From Arenicellales bacterium (GTDB lineage Bacteria > Pseudomonadota > Gammaproteobacteria > Arenicellales > JAJDZL01), in NCBI GenBank assembly GCA_965200545.1, contig CBDAUJ010000003.1:398504-462503 (forward strand): a stretch of DNA of 64,000 nucleotides, read 5' to 3'. Positions 1-10,981 of the stretch are shown here, in pieces. How positions within the stretch are numbered: position 1 is the first letter of the stretch; every line of letters begins with the position of its first letter. The notes beneath the pieces were generated by a model that was not told the DNA's origin, did not search any database, and saw nothing but the letters and a program-made list of their open reading frames with translations. The translations under genes and the position numbers were made by a program.

Positions 1-2
1 TT

Positions 3-167
3 GTCTTGATTCCTCTAACGACGATGGGGGCGACCGTCGGCGGCATCCTGGGTCCGCTTGGCATCGCGCTCTACAGTTTGATTCCAGCAATTCCTGCCTG
101 GCTGGCGGTTGCCATCATCGTAACTTGGTACCAGCGGCGCAAGGCGCGCCGGCAGTCCGCTGCTTGA
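3..167 (+). CDS. 3' end of a membrane-protein gene whose start lies upstream of the window (function unknown)
   Basis: Frame open from the window edge to TGA at 165-167. Hydrophobic stretch GATVGGILGPLGIALYSLIPAIPAWLAVAIIV followed by basic tail QRRKARRQSAA. Too short for the ORF track; convergent with ffh. Confidence 0.3.
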   Translation, partial: VLIPLTTMGATVGGILGPLGIALYSLIPAIPAWLAVAIIVTWYQRRKARRQSAA

Positions 168-182
168 GCGCGCAGTTCTTGA

Positions 183-1541
183 TTACGGCCCTTGCATCTG
201 GCCGCCAGCGAGCTGCTGCAGTTTTTTCGCCAGCCCCTTGCCTTGATCCTTCGCCATGCGTCGGGTTGACTTTTGAATTTTCTCAAACTTCCGCAACAGC
301 TGATTGACGTGGCGAGGCTCGAGCCCCGCACCTTTAGCGATGCGGCTGCGTCGCGAGCCGCGGATAATCGCCGGATGACGACGCTCATGAGGTGTCATGG
401 AGTCGATTAAGGCCATTTCTCGCTGCGTCGCCTTGGCGAATTCAGTCATGTCCGGGAGTTTTGCATTTGAGATGCCAGGCATCATATTGACGAACTTTTC
501 AATGCCACCCATATTTTCCGCCATTGAAATCTGCTCGCGATAGTCGGCCAGATCCATTCGTCCGCCGGTTTGCATTTTCCTGGCATATTTTTCAGCCTTA
601 TCTTGATCCGCTTTCTGCTTGACTGTCTCAATCAAGGTAGCTATATCGCCCATATCAAGAATGCGTGAGGCCATTCGGTCGGGGTGAAACTGCTCAAGCG
701 CGTCCATATGCTCGCCGACACCGATGAACTTCACCGGCTTGCCCGTTACGTGACGCACTGACAGCAAAGCGCCGCCACGCGTGTCGCTGTCCAGCTTGGT
801 CACAACAACACCAGTCAGCGCCAATGCCTGATCAAAAGCCTGCGCGCTTCGAACGGCATCCTGACCAATCATCGCATCGATCACAAACAACGTTTCAGCC
901 GGACGCACCTGCGATTGAACTGCCTGTATCTCCGCCATCATCTCATCGTCAAGATGCATGCGGCCAGCTGTATCGATGATGATCACGTCGACCGCTTTCT
1001 GCTTGGCGAACGCAATGGCACTCTGAGCAATCTTTAGCGGCGCCTGGGTCAGATCTGTTTCAAAAAACAGCGCATCCACTGATTCGGACAATCGCCGCAG
1101 CTGATCCACCGCGGCCGGACGATAAATATCGATGCTAGCCAGCGCCACTTTCTTGTTTTCGCGCTGCTTCAGATGCGCAGCAAGCTTTGCTGCGGTCGTG
1201 GTTTTGCCTGAACCCTGCAATCCCGCCATTAGAATCACGGTCGGCGGAGCACCTGACAGGTCAAGGGCGGCATGCGAATCCCCCATGGTGCGCTTGAGCT
1301 CTTCATAGACGATCGTGATTACTGCTTGCGCTGGAGTTTGACCGCGCAACACCGATGAATCAGCGGTACGAGTCTTGACGGATTCGATGAATTCATTAAT
1401 GACCGGCAACGCAACATCGGCTTCAATCAAAGCCCGGCGAACCTCACGCAGTGATTCATCGACCGCCTTTTCGCTCAGTCGCTTGACACCGCGAATTGAA
1501 CCCAGCGCGCTGCCAAGCCTGTTTTTGAGTGAATCAAGCAT
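183..1541 (-). CDS. ffh: Signal recognition particle protein Ffh (SRP54)
   Basis: ORF 183-1601 trimmed to the MLDSLKNRL start (ATG at 1539-1541). Motifs GLQGSGKTTTAAKLA, IIIDTAGR, TKLDSDTRGG and a Met-rich M domain (NMMPGISNAKLPDM). Confidence 0.95.
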   Translation of the reverse strand: MLDSLKNRLGSALGSIRGVKRLSEKAVDESLREVRRALIEADVALPVINEFIESVKTRTADSSVLRGQTPAQAVITIVYEELKRTMGDSHAALDLSGAPPTVILMAGLQGSGKTTTAAKLAAHLKQRENKKVALASIDIYRPAAVDQLRRLSESVDALFFETDLTQAPLKIAQSAIAFAKQKAVDVIIIDTAGRMHLDDEMMAEIQAVQSQVRPAETLFVIDAMIGQDAVRSAQAFDQALALTGVVVTKLDSDTRGGALLSVRHVTGKPVKFIGVGEHMDALEQFHPDRMASRILDMGDIATLIETVKQKADQDKAEKYARKMQTGGRMDLADYREQISMAENMGGIEKFVNMMPGISNAKLPDMTEFAKATQREMALIDSMTPHERRHPAIIRGSRRSRIAKGAGLEPRHVNQLLRKFEKIQKSTRRMAKDQGKGLAKKLQQLAGGQMQGP

Positions 1542-1635
1542 CAAATCTTTCTGCAAATAAAATAAAAATAACTTGGAATTCGAGTTTCGAATCCAATACA
1601 CTTAGACATTATTTTAATTTGGTTCGATAACTCGA

Positions 1636-2973
1636 TTGGAAGATATTCCTGAGGGCATATTATTCGCCCTGCTCGCTCTGCTGATTTGCATGTCAGCATT
1701 TTTTTCAGCTTCCGAAACGGCTTCGATGGCAATCAATCGCTATCGCCTCGCCGATAAAGCCGACAAAAACAACAAACGGGCGCAAACCCTGCAAAGGCTG
1801 CTGGCCGAACCTGATCGCTTGCTGGGCACCATTTTGCTCGGCAACAACCTGGTCAACAATGCAGCTGTGGCGATCACGACAATGCTTGCTTGGAAGTATT
1901 ACGGTGAAGCCGGCGTCGGCATTGCGACGATCCTGATCACTATATTGATTCTGGTCGTGGCGGAAGTCCCGCCCAAAACTGTAGCCGCCACCTATCCCGA
2001 ACGAATCGCATTCTTCGCAGCCTATGTGCTTGAATTTCTCAAAAAGGTTTTTCATCCGATCGTTGTGCTGCTCAGTCTGGTCACCCGGTTAATCCGCTAT
2101 CTACCCGGCTTCAAGTCCGATTCATCATCGCAGGCACTCAATGTGGATGAGCTGCGGATCGCCCTGCAGGCCTCCAAGCACCACTATGCGCCGCAGCAAA
2201 TGGATCTGCTGCTAGGCATACTGGAACTCGGCATGAAGTCAATTGCCTCAATCATGGTCCCGCGAAGTGAAATTCATGCAATTGATCTCAATGATGATAT
2301 TTCAGATATTGTCGACGAAATCCGCCGCGAAAATTTCGCTCGCATGCTGGTTTACGATAAATCCTTTGACAACATCCTCGGCGAACTGGACATTCGCGAA
2401 CTGCTGCAGGCCGGCTACGCGCAGGAAGTCACCAAGCAGATGATTCTGGACAATCTAAAAGAGCCGATCTATTTGTTTGAGGATTCCCTGGTGCTTGAGC
2501 AGATTCAGCACCTGCAGCTGGAAAACCGCAATCTTGGCATCATCGTGGACGAGTATGGTACGGTTGTCGGGTTGATTACGCTCAACGAAATGATGGAGGA
2601 AATGGCTGGCATTGTCGGCGGGCAAATTCCGGGTGTGCATCCGGGCATCATTGCAGAAAAAGGCCAAGACGGCTATCTGGTGAATGCCAAACTCAACATT
2701 CGTGACCTGAACCGGATGATGCAATGGAAACTCCCGGAAGATGGGCCCAACACAGTCAATGGGCAAATTCTGGAAAAAAACGAAGACATCCCCGCCATTG
2801 GCACTGCTTTCAAGTTTGGGGACTATACGGTTGAGACGGTCAGAGTCAAAGCCAGCGGTGTGGAAATCGTACGCATTATTCCCTTGACGAGTGCTATTGA
2901 GGCAAAGAAGCGCGACGGCAAGAATGAGGAAAGTTTTGATCTGTCTGCGGCCGGCGGCAAAGCGCAACCGTAA
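1636..2973 (+). CDS. CNNM / HlyC-CorC family transporter (DUF21 membrane domain + CBS pair + CorC_HlyC-like C-terminus)
   Basis: N-terminal TM region with SAFFSASETA, central CBS-like region and C-terminal transporter-associated region. TTG start; divergent from ffh. Confidence 0.85.
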   Translation: MEDIPEGILFALLALLICMSAFFSASETASMAINRYRLADKADKNNKRAQTLQRLLAEPDRLLGTILLGNNLVNNAAVAITTMLAWKYYGEAGVGIATILITILILVVAEVPPKTVAATYPERIAFFAAYVLEFLKKVFHPIVVLLSLVTRLIRYLPGFKSDSSSQALNVDELRIALQASKHHYAPQQMDLLLGILELGMKSIASIMVPRSEIHAIDLNDDISDIVDEIRRENFARMLVYDKSFDNILGELDIRELLQAGYAQEVTKQMILDNLKEPIYLFEDSLVLEQIQHLQLENRNLGIIVDEYGTVVGLITLNEMMEEMAGIVGGQIPGVHPGIIAEKGQDGYLVNAKLNIRDLNRMMQWKLPEDGPNTVNGQILEKNEDIPAIGTAFKFGDYTVETVRVKASGVEIVRIIPLTSAIEAKKRDGKNEESFDLSAAGGKAQP

Positions 2974-3099
2974 ATCAGTGAATATGCTTCACTAACCGCA
3001 CTGTTTACGAGAACTCACGCTGCTGGGCTGCCATTTGCTTTTCCATGTCCTTGCGCAAACTCAAAGCCGTGGCTCCCAGCGCCTGGCATGCAAGGCCGG

Positions 3100-4183
3100 T
3101 CAGTGCAACTGGCTGCCCTCGATCGAATCGCGGACACGCTCGAGCTGCTGCAGATAAAATGGCGGATGCTCTCTGGGCGCCGCTCTGCGAGGCCCCTTCG
3201 AAGCTGCTGTCCCTTTGGGAATCCCAATCTCATAATCAAACTCAAAAGTTGACGGCGGCGCCGGCAAGTCAAACAGCTGATCGCCATACGTCACCAGATG
3301 AATCCCGGCGTTCCAGACTCTCTGTTTCTGCTTTTCCCAGATTGAGCTCGCCAGCAGATGCGCATAGATTGGACACTCGCGAAACTGTGGCATCACCTTG
3401 CGCAGCGCAGTGATATTGTTCTTGATCTGCTCGATATCCGTCTCGCTGAACTTTCTTTTGGTCTCAAACACAAAAGCCTCCAGCGGCGCACCCGAGCCCG
3501 GCTGCGGCTCGGTCACTGCGAACGCGTCCAATTCCCGGCGCCCCGTTTTCGCATCGATAAAAAAACGGCGAGATGAAATCCACATCATACCTGGATTTGA
3601 TGATTCTTTGCAAAGATGGAATTGCGATGTCCTCGACAAAAGCGCCAATGCTGTTGCCCAAGTGTCCCATTTCTTTTTTCAGCTCTGCAAATCCCGCATC
3701 CATCTCTTTTCTCACCTCAGCAAATTCCGATCGCATTTCCTGCACTGAAACGCCGAGTGCCTCATGATCACCTCGCAGCGCCCTGACCTCGTCTTTCAAT
3801 ACTTTGACCTCGCTCGACTAAAACCTGAACTCCTCTCGATGCCTCTTCAGTTCCTGTCTGAAATCGTCTATCAACGACTCCAGATGCGTGAAGCGACACT
3901 CCGCGGCCGATCTCAGCTGATCCATCTCAGTTCGCAGTGCCTGCTCCAGCCGGTCCAGCCGCAACTGGAGCTCTCGGACTTCACAGCGGGTGTCCTGCAG
4001 GTCGCCGGCAAGCTGCCGCTGCCCTTCGGCCAGCTCGGCAACCGCACGCTCAAGCCTCGCCAGTCGACGGTCCGACTCCTGCTCGCGCTGTCCGCTTTTA
4101 CACACACAGTCTCCAAGCGCAAGGCTGACCTCGTCGAACAGCGCCTCAACATCGTCAAATGATCGGATAATTCTGTCCTGCAT
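3100..4183 (-). pseudogene. Disrupted DUF3782-like gene (coiled-coil N-terminus + PD-(D/E)XK-type C-terminus): one in-frame TAG plus one frameshift
   Basis: ORFs 3818-4183 and 3464-3799 are in the same frame, separated only by TAG (3818-3820) inside a continuous coiled coil. ORF 3100-3648 continues the protein in another frame; removing one base of the A7 run (3559-3565) gives ...RYDVDFISPFFIDAKTGRRELDAFAVTE... Confidence 0.6.
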
Positions 4184-4411
4184 GCCTGGTCCGTACTGTC
4201 AGATTGTCTCAATGCGATGCAAGCGCATCTGCCTCAATGTGATTACCTTAGCAGAAAAAATTAATTCTCCAAATTTCAGCCAAAATCCGCTGCAGGCATC
4301 CCGCACAGCGCAAAACTATCAAGCTCGTTTCAGCATTCTGACTTGATTTGTGCTGTTTTTAGCATCTGTCGCGGTAGATTAGATTTTGCGAGTCCCCGAA
4401 GAGGTCTCAAG

Positions 4412-5068
4412 TCAAGTGGTCAAATAGGGAAAGCGATATTTTGGAATCGCCTCAAATGCGGATTTGAACTGTCCTTGCAAATAATTTCTCTCGCCCAATT
4501 GTGCGATTTCTGCCGCCATCGGTACTTGGTCTTTTCGCCAGCAGTCAATCTGACCCGCGCAAACTGCCTTCAGTGCATTGGCATGCAAATCAAAACCACT
4601 GCCAGCACCGATCCAGCCTTCACCCGTCAAGCCGAATGCATCAAGCACAGTCAAGCGCTCGTCACCAGCCGGCACTTTGCAGTCGCTGTCAGCGGCGACA
4701 AAACAGCCCCAATGAATCTGATTCCTTATCGCATCAATCGCAACGACAACTTTTTTCTCCGGCTGCTTTTGCGCGACCGCAGCCATACAAGAGATTGGAA
4801 CCACTGGAACGTCAATTCCCAAAGCAATGCCCTGCACAACACCCGCAGAGATCCGCAATCCGGTAAACGAGCCCGGACCATCGCCATATGCAAGCGCATC
4901 AACCTGGTGCAACGTGATGCCCGCTTCCGCCATTATCTGCTCAATCATCTCGAGTACATACAGGTTATGTTCTCGATCAGCTCGCTTTTGTCTGGCGCAC
5001 ACCTGCCCGTCCGTCCTGAGTGCGACTGAAAGCATAGGGCCGGATGAATTAACCGCCAGTATTTTCAC
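4412..5068 (-). CDS. tsaB: tRNA threonylcarbamoyladenosine (t6A) biosynthesis protein TsaB
   Basis: YeaZ/TsaB-like sequence with GPGSFTGLRISAGVVQGIALG, about 218 aa. 4-nt overlap with the upstream helicase gene. Confidence 0.85.
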   Translation of the reverse strand: MKILAVNSSGPMLSVALRTDGQVCARQKRADREHNLYVLEMIEQIMAEAGITLHQVDALAYGDGPGSFTGLRISAGVVQGIALGIDVPVVPISCMAAVAQKQPEKKVVVAIDAIRNQIHWGCFVAADSDCKVPAGDERLTVLDAFGLTGEGWIGAGSGFDLHANALKAVCAGQIDCWRKDQVPMAAEIAQLGERNYLQGQFKSAFEAIPKYRFPYLTT

Positions 5069-6981
5069 TGTCCAAAAAACTGTCTGACATCATCCAGCGC
5101 ATCGGTTCTGCTCAGCGGCGGCAGACTGTCCAAGAAGATCTGACCATAATGCCGCGTCTTGACGCGCGAATCGCACAGCACCAGCAAACCGCGGTCATGT
5201 ATATCACGAATCAGACGCCCCGCTCCCTGCTTGAGCGACAACACCGCATTCGGCACCTGCCATTGCATAAAAATGTTCTGACCGTTCTGTTTCATCTGCT
5301 CTTCTCTCGCTTGCAGCAGCGGATCATTCGGCGGAATGAAAGGCAATTTTGCGATCACAACGCATGACAGTTCTGGGCCCTTGATATCAATCCCTTCCCA
5401 GAACGTTGAGGTACCCAATAAAACTGCATTGCCATCCTCACGGAAACTTGCCAGCAGATTCGGCGCACTGGCTTGTCCCTGTTTCAGCAATGTAAAATCC
5501 AATCGATCCTCCAAATATCGGTAGACCGTTTCCAAAGACTGGTAACTGGTAAACAGTGAAAGCAGTCTGCCCTCCGTGACCGGGGCAAGCTCCTCAATTA
5601 CTTTGGCAACCGCAATATCATAATCATCACGCGTCGCACCTTGCGGTGCTGGCATGTTCTGGGGCAGATACAGCAATGCCTGTCGACGGTAGTCAAACGG
5701 ACTCTCTACATTGAGCGTAACTGCATCACTGAGACCTAGGCGTTCCTGAAACAGCGAAAAATCATCATCAACCGACAAAGTGGCCGACGTGAATACGAAA
5801 CTGCCATCAAAATCTTGAATTCGCGGCGCACAGAATTTGTTCGGATTCAAAGGGATATCAGACAGTCGAAATCCGGTTCGGTAAGTTTCGATCCAGCAGG
5901 CGCTATCCTGATTGTGACGCTCAAACATGCTGGCCCCGCTGTCTGCCAGAGTCAGTGCGATATCACCCTGCTTTGCAACGCCGCTGCCAAATTCAGCCTG
6001 ATTAGAAAGACGTTCTCCAATTTCATTGATTCGATTGATAATATTCTTGAATGTTTTGATAAATTCTGGAAACTGTTCCAGCTGTGTGATGTTGCAGTCG
6101 AACCGGTCGGAGGGTAAGTGTGTGCGCGCCATCGCAGTCAGTTTCTTGATATCGGCACAGGCCTCATGGATCCATTTTCCATCGAAATTCTCGACACCGG
6201 AAGTCTGTAACAGGTCATCACAGTACTGAGTGAGGGTTTCATGCGAAATACGCACACCCTGAGTCTCAGCGACAGTGTCTGGGAAACGGTGCGCCTCATC
6301 GACTACGATGACATCGGCACTGTCGAACAATCCACTGCCTCCGTCTTGCGATTGATCGGGGAAGTTCAGGCACAGCAAGTGGTGATTGACAATCACGACA
6401 TCTGCGGCGGCAGCTTTTCGGCGTGCCGCATTCGCATAGCACTGGTGTACAAACTCGCACTGGCTGCCGAGACAATTCTGTGCGGTTGCCGTCAGTTTTG
6501 TCCGCTCATCTGCTCGTAAACCTGAGTAATTGGAAAGGTCGCCGCTGCCCCCCTGATCTTGCACCCAGTCATACAGGCGCTCAAGCTTGTTTTGATCACC
6601 AAAAAGATCTGCCTGTCCGACTGAATTTTCGTAGCGATAAAGACAAAGATAATTGGAACGCCCTTTGTAAAGCTGGATATCAAGTTTTAAACTCAGCGCT
6701 TGCTGCACCCACTTGACATCTTTCTCATACAGCTGGTCCTGCAGACTTTTCGTGCGCGTTGCAACCACGACTTTTTTGCCAGAGCTGAGCGGCGGCACGA
6801 GATAGGCAAACGTCTTGCCGGTACCGGTGCCAGACTCCGCCACCAGATTCGTTCGCTGCCCGATTGCATACTCGACCGCCTCGGCCATCTCGAGCTGGCA
6901 ATTACGCACCGCGAACCAGTCGAACCGGCGGGCAAATGACCCATCCGGACCGAGACTGGCAACGCTGCGCGACCGGGTCAT
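5065..6981 (-). CDS. ATP-dependent DNA helicase, DinG/YoaA family
   Basis: Walker A ESGTGTGKTFAYLVP, DEAH box VVDEAHRFPD, TSATLS motif; 638 aa. Confidence 0.85.
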   Translation of the reverse strand: MTRSRSVASLGPDGSFARRFDWFAVRNCQLEMAEAVEYAIGQRTNLVAESGTGTGKTFAYLVPPLSSGKKVVVATRTKSLQDQLYEKDVKWVQQALSLKLDIQLYKGRSNYLCLYRYENSVGQADLFGDQNKLERLYDWVQDQGGSGDLSNYSGLRADERTKLTATAQNCLGSQCEFVHQCYANAARRKAAAADVVIVNHHLLCLNFPDQSQDGGSGLFDSADVIVVDEAHRFPDTVAETQGVRISHETLTQYCDDLLQTSGVENFDGKWIHEACADIKKLTAMARTHLPSDRFDCNITQLEQFPEFIKTFKNIINRINEIGERLSNQAEFGSGVAKQGDIALTLADSGASMFERHNQDSACWIETYRTGFRLSDIPLNPNKFCAPRIQDFDGSFVFTSATLSVDDDFSLFQERLGLSDAVTLNVESPFDYRRQALLYLPQNMPAPQGATRDDYDIAVAKVIEELAPVTEGRLLSLFTSYQSLETVYRYLEDRLDFTLLKQGQASAPNLLASFREDGNAVLLGTSTFWEGIDIKGPELSCVVIAKLPFIPPNDPLLQAREEQMKQNGQNIFMQWQVPNAVLSLKQGAGRLIRDIHDRGLLVLCDSRVKTRHYGQIFLDSLPPLSRTDALDDVRQFFGQ

Positions 6982-7035
6982 GAAGCATTCGACCTCAGCG
7001 TCGCGAATCGACAGAGCCTGCCAAACTCAGCAGCG

Positions 7036-8157
7036 CTACGCAGCAAGTTTTTCCCAGAATGATTTGATGCGACGGGTCCAGCTGGATACACCGGGCGTAT
7101 GCGTTTCGCCGCCGCACTTGACCAGCGTGTCGAATTCCGCCAAGAGTTCTTTTTGCCTGGAATCGAGATTGACGGGGGTTTCGACAATTAGCCGGCAGAA
7201 CAAGTCGCCGGGTTCGCCAGAACGGACGTTCTTGACACCTTTGCCGCGCAGTCGCATCATTTTGCCAGTTTGTGTCTCTGGGCGGATTTTCAAGTTCGCA
7301 CGGCCGTCAAGCGTCGGAATTTCTTCTGTACCGCCAAGTGCCGCAACTGCAAAACTGACTGGCACTTCGCAGTACAGATCGTCCCCGTCACGCGTGAATA
7401 TGGAATGCTTGCGGATTCGAATCTCAACGAAGAGATCGCCTGGCTCTACGCCTTGCGGACCTTCTTCCCCTTTGCCGGACAATCGAATCTGATTGCCATC
7501 GTCAATGCCGGCAGGAATCTGGACCGACAGCTTAGTGGTTTCCTGCACACGTCCCTGACCATTGCAGGCCATGCACGGATCGCGCACGACGCTGCCGGTG
7601 CCGCGACAGCTTGGACAGGTTTGCGACAACGTAAATCCGAGTTGCTGCATGCGCACCTGGCCACTGCCGCCGCACGAACTGCATCGGGTCGGGCGAGTAC
7701 CGGGTTTTGCACCACTCCCATCGCAGGTCTTGCAAACGACCATACGGGGGACATTGACCTGCCGCTCGACACCGTTGACAGCTTCCTCCAGATCCAGAGT
7801 CAGCGATATGCGCAGATTTGCGGCTTGAGCCTGACGGGCGCGGCGGCGCGAACCGAAGATATCACTGAAAATGCCATCAAAAATATCTTCAAATCCTGCT
7901 CCAGAATTGAATCCGCCGCCCGGCATGCCTTCAATGCCGTCATGACCAAATTGGTCATAGCGAGCGCGCATATTGGAATCAGACAGCACATCATACGCTT
8001 CTTTGGCTTCCTTGAAGCGCACCTCAGCCTGTGATGGATCGTCTTGATTGCGGTCCGGGTGGTGCTTCATAGCCAAACGACGATAAGCTTTTTTCAAATC
8101 AGCTTCAGTTGCGTTTTTGGACACTCCCAAAACTTCATAGTAATCGCGTTTGGCCAT
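7036..8157 (-). CDS. dnaJ: Molecular chaperone DnaJ
   Basis: J domain DYYEVLGVSKNATEADLKKAYRRLAMKHHPDRN. Four CxxCxGxG zinc-finger repeats (CKTCDGSG, CSSCGGSG, CPSCRGTG, CMACNGQG). Confidence 0.97.
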   Translation of the reverse strand: MAKRDYYEVLGVSKNATEADLKKAYRRLAMKHHPDRNQDDPSQAEVRFKEAKEAYDVLSDSNMRARYDQFGHDGIEGMPGGGFNSGAGFEDIFDGIFSDIFGSRRRARQAQAANLRISLTLDLEEAVNGVERQVNVPRMVVCKTCDGSGAKPGTRPTRCSSCGGSGQVRMQQLGFTLSQTCPSCRGTGSVVRDPCMACNGQGRVQETTKLSVQIPAGIDDGNQIRLSGKGEEGPQGVEPGDLFVEIRIRKHSIFTRDGDDLYCEVPVSFAVAALGGTEEIPTLDGRANLKIRPETQTGKMMRLRGKGVKNVRSGEPGDLFCRLIVETPVNLDSRQKELLAEFDTLVKCGGETHTPGVSSWTRRIKSFWEKLAA

Positions 8158-8224
8158 GTCTATCGAATCTCACATTGCTTGGTTTGCCGTTCGGCCTGCC
8201 CGGTTATTCGTTTCAAGCGAATCG

Positions 8225-10168
8225 CTACCGGCTCTTGTCATCTTTGACTTCTTCGAAATCGGCATCCACCACATCGTCGGCTTGTTGAGCGGTATCATCG
8301 GATGCACCCGACACATCGGTGTCCTGAGCCTGACTCTGATCTGCACTGGTGCTGTACGCTTTTTGAGAAAGCGCGTAGCCGGCAGTAGTCAGAGCTTCGG
8401 TCTTGGATTTTATCTCATCGACATCCGCATCGCGGCTGACTGCTTCTTCCAATTCAGAAATAGCAGACTCAACAGCGGACTTATCAGAATCATCGACCTT
8501 GTCGCCGAAGTCAGACAGCGTTTTGCGCGTGCTGTGAATCAAGCTTTCTGCCATGTTGACAGCATCGACCTTCTCACGCTGCTGGCGGTCCTCGTCGGCA
8601 TGCTCCTCCGCCTCGCGAATCATGCGTTCGATCTCGGCATCATCCAAACCTGAACTGGACTTGATTTCGATGCGATTTTCTTTTCCAGTCGCCTTGTCTT
8701 TGGCCGATACATGCATAATGCCGTTGGCATCAATATCGAAAGTCACCTCGATCTGGGGCATGCCGCGCGGCGCTGGCGGAATATCCGTCAGATCAAATCG
8801 GCCAAGCGATTTGTTGTGCACCGCCATCTCGCGCTCACCTTGCAGCACATGCACGGTCACAGCACTTTGATTGTCATCCGCAGTCGAGAAGACTTGCGTT
8901 TCTTTCGTCGGAATCGTCGTATTCTTGTCGATCAGCTTCGTCATTACACCGCCCAAGGTCTCAATGCCAAGCGACAGCGGTGTGACATCCAGCAGCAAAA
9001 CGTCCTTGACATCACCGCCAAGCACACCGCCTTGGATGGCAGCGCCGGCAGCGACAGCCTCGTCAGGATTGATGTCCTTGCGCGCCTCCTTGCCAAATAT
9101 CTTGGCGACCGTCTCTTGCACTTTCGGCATGCGTGTTTGTCCGCCGACCAAAATCACATGATCAATGTCGCCCGCCGAGAGTCCGGCATCCTTGAGTGCA
9201 ATTTTACACGGCTCCACCGTGCGTCCAATCAAATCGTCGACCAGCAATTCCATCTTAGCGCGCGACATTTTATACAGCAAGTGCTTCGGCCCCGACGCAT
9301 CTGCGGTCACATAAGGCAAATTGATCTCGGTCTGTGTTTTGCTTGACAGCTCAATTTTGGCTTTTTCAGCCGCTTCCTTGAGTCTCTGCATTGCCAGTGC
9401 ATCACCCCGAAGATCCATGCCTTGGTCCTTTTTGAACTCATCGGCGAGGTAGTCAATCACTCTGCGGTCAAAATCCTCGCCGCCGAGGAAGGTGTCCCCG
9501 TTTGTTGACAAGACCTCGAACTGGTGCTCCCCATCGATTTCAGCAATCTCAATAATCGAAATGTCGAACGTGCCGCCGCCCAGGTCGTAGACAGCGATTT
9601 TCTTGTCACCTTCCTGCTTGTCGAGACCGTAGGCCAGCGCCGCCGCGGTCGGCTCATTGATGATTCGTTTCACATCAAGCCCCGCGATCTTTCCGGCATC
9701 TTTGGTCGCCTGACGCTGCGAGTCATTAAAATAGGCCGGCACCGTGATGACTGCACCCGAAACAGGCGCCCCCAGATAATCCTCGGCAGTCTGCTTCATT
9801 TTCTGCAGAACCTTTGCAGAGATTTCGGGCGGCGACAAATCCTTGCCGCCTGCCTGCACCCAGGCATCGCCGTTTTTCGCCTTGATAATCTTGTAGGGCA
9901 TGATATCCATATCCCTTTGCACAACATCCTCATTGTGCTTGCGGCCGATCAGCCGCTTGAATGCAAACAGGGTATTATGCGGATTGGTGACGGCCTGGCG
10001 CTTGGCAGACTGTCCGACGAGCACCTCGCCATCATCGGTATACGCGACGATCGAGGGCGTGGTCCGATCACCTTCCTGATTTTCGATGATTTTGGCGCTG
10101 TCGCTGGATTCAAATACCGCGACACAGGAATTGGTTGTCCCCAAATCAATGCCGATAATTTTTGACAT
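8225..10168 (-). CDS. dnaK: Molecular chaperone DnaK (Hsp70)
   Basis: [14 protein letters not shown]-terminus and full-length Hsp70 architecture, 647 aa. Confidence 0.98.
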   Translation of the reverse strand: MSKIIGIDLGTTNSCVAVFESSDSAKIIENQEGDRTTPSIVAYTDDGEVLVGQSAKRQAVTNPHNTLFAFKRLIGRKHNEDVVQRDMDIMPYKIIKAKNGDAWVQAGGKDLSPPEISAKVLQKMKQTAEDYLGAPVSGAVITVPAYFNDSQRQATKDAGKIAGLDVKRIINEPTAAALAYGLDKQEGDKKIAVYDLGGGTFDISIIEIAEIDGEHQFEVLSTNGDTFLGGEDFDRRVIDYLADEFKKDQGMDLRGDALAMQRLKEAAEKAKIELSSKTQTEINLPYVTADASGPKHLLYKMSRAKMELLVDDLIGRTVEPCKIALKDAGLSAGDIDHVILVGGQTRMPKVQETVAKIFGKEARKDINPDEAVAAGAAIQGGVLGGDVKDVLLLDVTPLSLGIETLGGVMTKLIDKNTTIPTKETQVFSTADDNQSAVTVHVLQGEREMAVHNKSLGRFDLTDIPPAPRGMPQIEVTFDIDANGIMHVSAKDKATGKENRIEIKSSSGLDDAEIERMIREAEEHADEDRQQREKVDAVNMAESLIHSTRKTLSDFGDKVDDSDKSAVESAISELEEAVSRDADVDEIKSKTEALTTAGYALSQKAYSTSADQSQAQDTDVSGASDDTAQQADDVVDADFEEVKDDKSR

Positions 10169-10211
10169 AATTCGCTCTCCGGATCAACTGATCAATAAGA
10201 ATCTATCTGAA

Positions 10212-10240
10212 TAAATAAGATATTTTTCGTGTTTTTCAAG
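10212..10240 (-). promoter_or_regulatory. Sigma-32-like heat-shock promoter upstream of dnaK
   Basis: Minus strand reads CTTGAAA (10240-10234), 14-nt spacer, CTTATTTA (10219-10212). The -35 overlaps the grpE stop codon. Same pattern as upstream of grpE. Confidence 0.4.
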
Positions 10241-10934
10241 ACTGCTTCGGCACTTCGCTGCCGGCGCCGCCAGCCTCTGAATCAGCCACGGCAGCCGAGA
10301 CCACAACCATTGCCGGACGCAACAATCGCTCATGTATGCGGTAGCCTTTGCGAAACAGCTTGCAAATGTGGTTCGCAGGCATCTGCGCACTGGGCTGAGT
10401 GGTCATCGCCTGATGCCACTGCACATCAAACGCATCACCGACTTGCGGCGCAATTTCCTCGATCGAAAAATGCTCCAGTGCGTCCAGAAACTGCTTGCGG
10501 GTCAGATCTACGCCGTCGTGCATGCTCACCAGCGACGGCACGGGCGCATCACCGATGTCGATTTCACAAGCGCGATCAAGGCTTTCAAGCACCTCTAGCA
10601 TCGCTCTCGCAAACTTGTCAATCGCATGCTTCTCAACTCGATCAAGCTGCTCAGTCATTCTTTTTCGATAGTTTTCGTGCTCGGCAAAGAGCCGCAAATA
10701 TTTTTCTTTCAGCTCAGCATTTTCTTCCTGCAGCTGCAGTGCATCTTCAGATTCAAGAACCTCACTCTCGCTCTCATTGGCATCCTGCGAAGCTTCACTG
10801 TCTTGAACTTCCGACTCGTCTCGCGACTCGTCGGCGGCATTATTTGCCGCCTCTGTCAGCGGCCGCGTCTCTGCATCAGGTGAATCCTGCTTGGCGTCAA
10901 AATCGTTTTTTTCTGGTGACTTGCTTTGGGTCAT
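10236..10934 (-). CDS. grpE: Nucleotide exchange factor GrpE
   Basis: Acidic N-terminus, coiled coil and conserved C-terminal GrpE domain (...GYRIHERLLRPAMVVV). Located immediately upstream of dnaK. Confidence 0.95.
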   Translation of the reverse strand: MTQSKSPEKNDFDAKQDSPDAETRPLTEAANNAADESRDESEVQDSEASQDANESESEVLESEDALQLQEENAELKEKYLRLFAEHENYRKRMTEQLDRVEKHAIDKFARAMLEVLESLDRACEIDIGDAPVPSLVSMHDGVDLTRKQFLDALEHFSIEEIAPQVGDAFDVQWHQAMTTQPSAQMPANHICKLFRKGYRIHERLLRPAMVVVSAAVADSEAGGAGSEVPKQS

Positions 10935-10981
10935 GTTCCGTCCTTCAACAATTGAAAGTCAGTCAAATTGAATTGGTTAGA

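Noticed and set aside
71-388. Track ORFs 71-388 (minus) and 125-307 (plus) overlapping the 3' end of ffh
   Set aside because: They have low-complexity translations and overlap the well-supported ffh gene and the short convergent membrane-protein tail.
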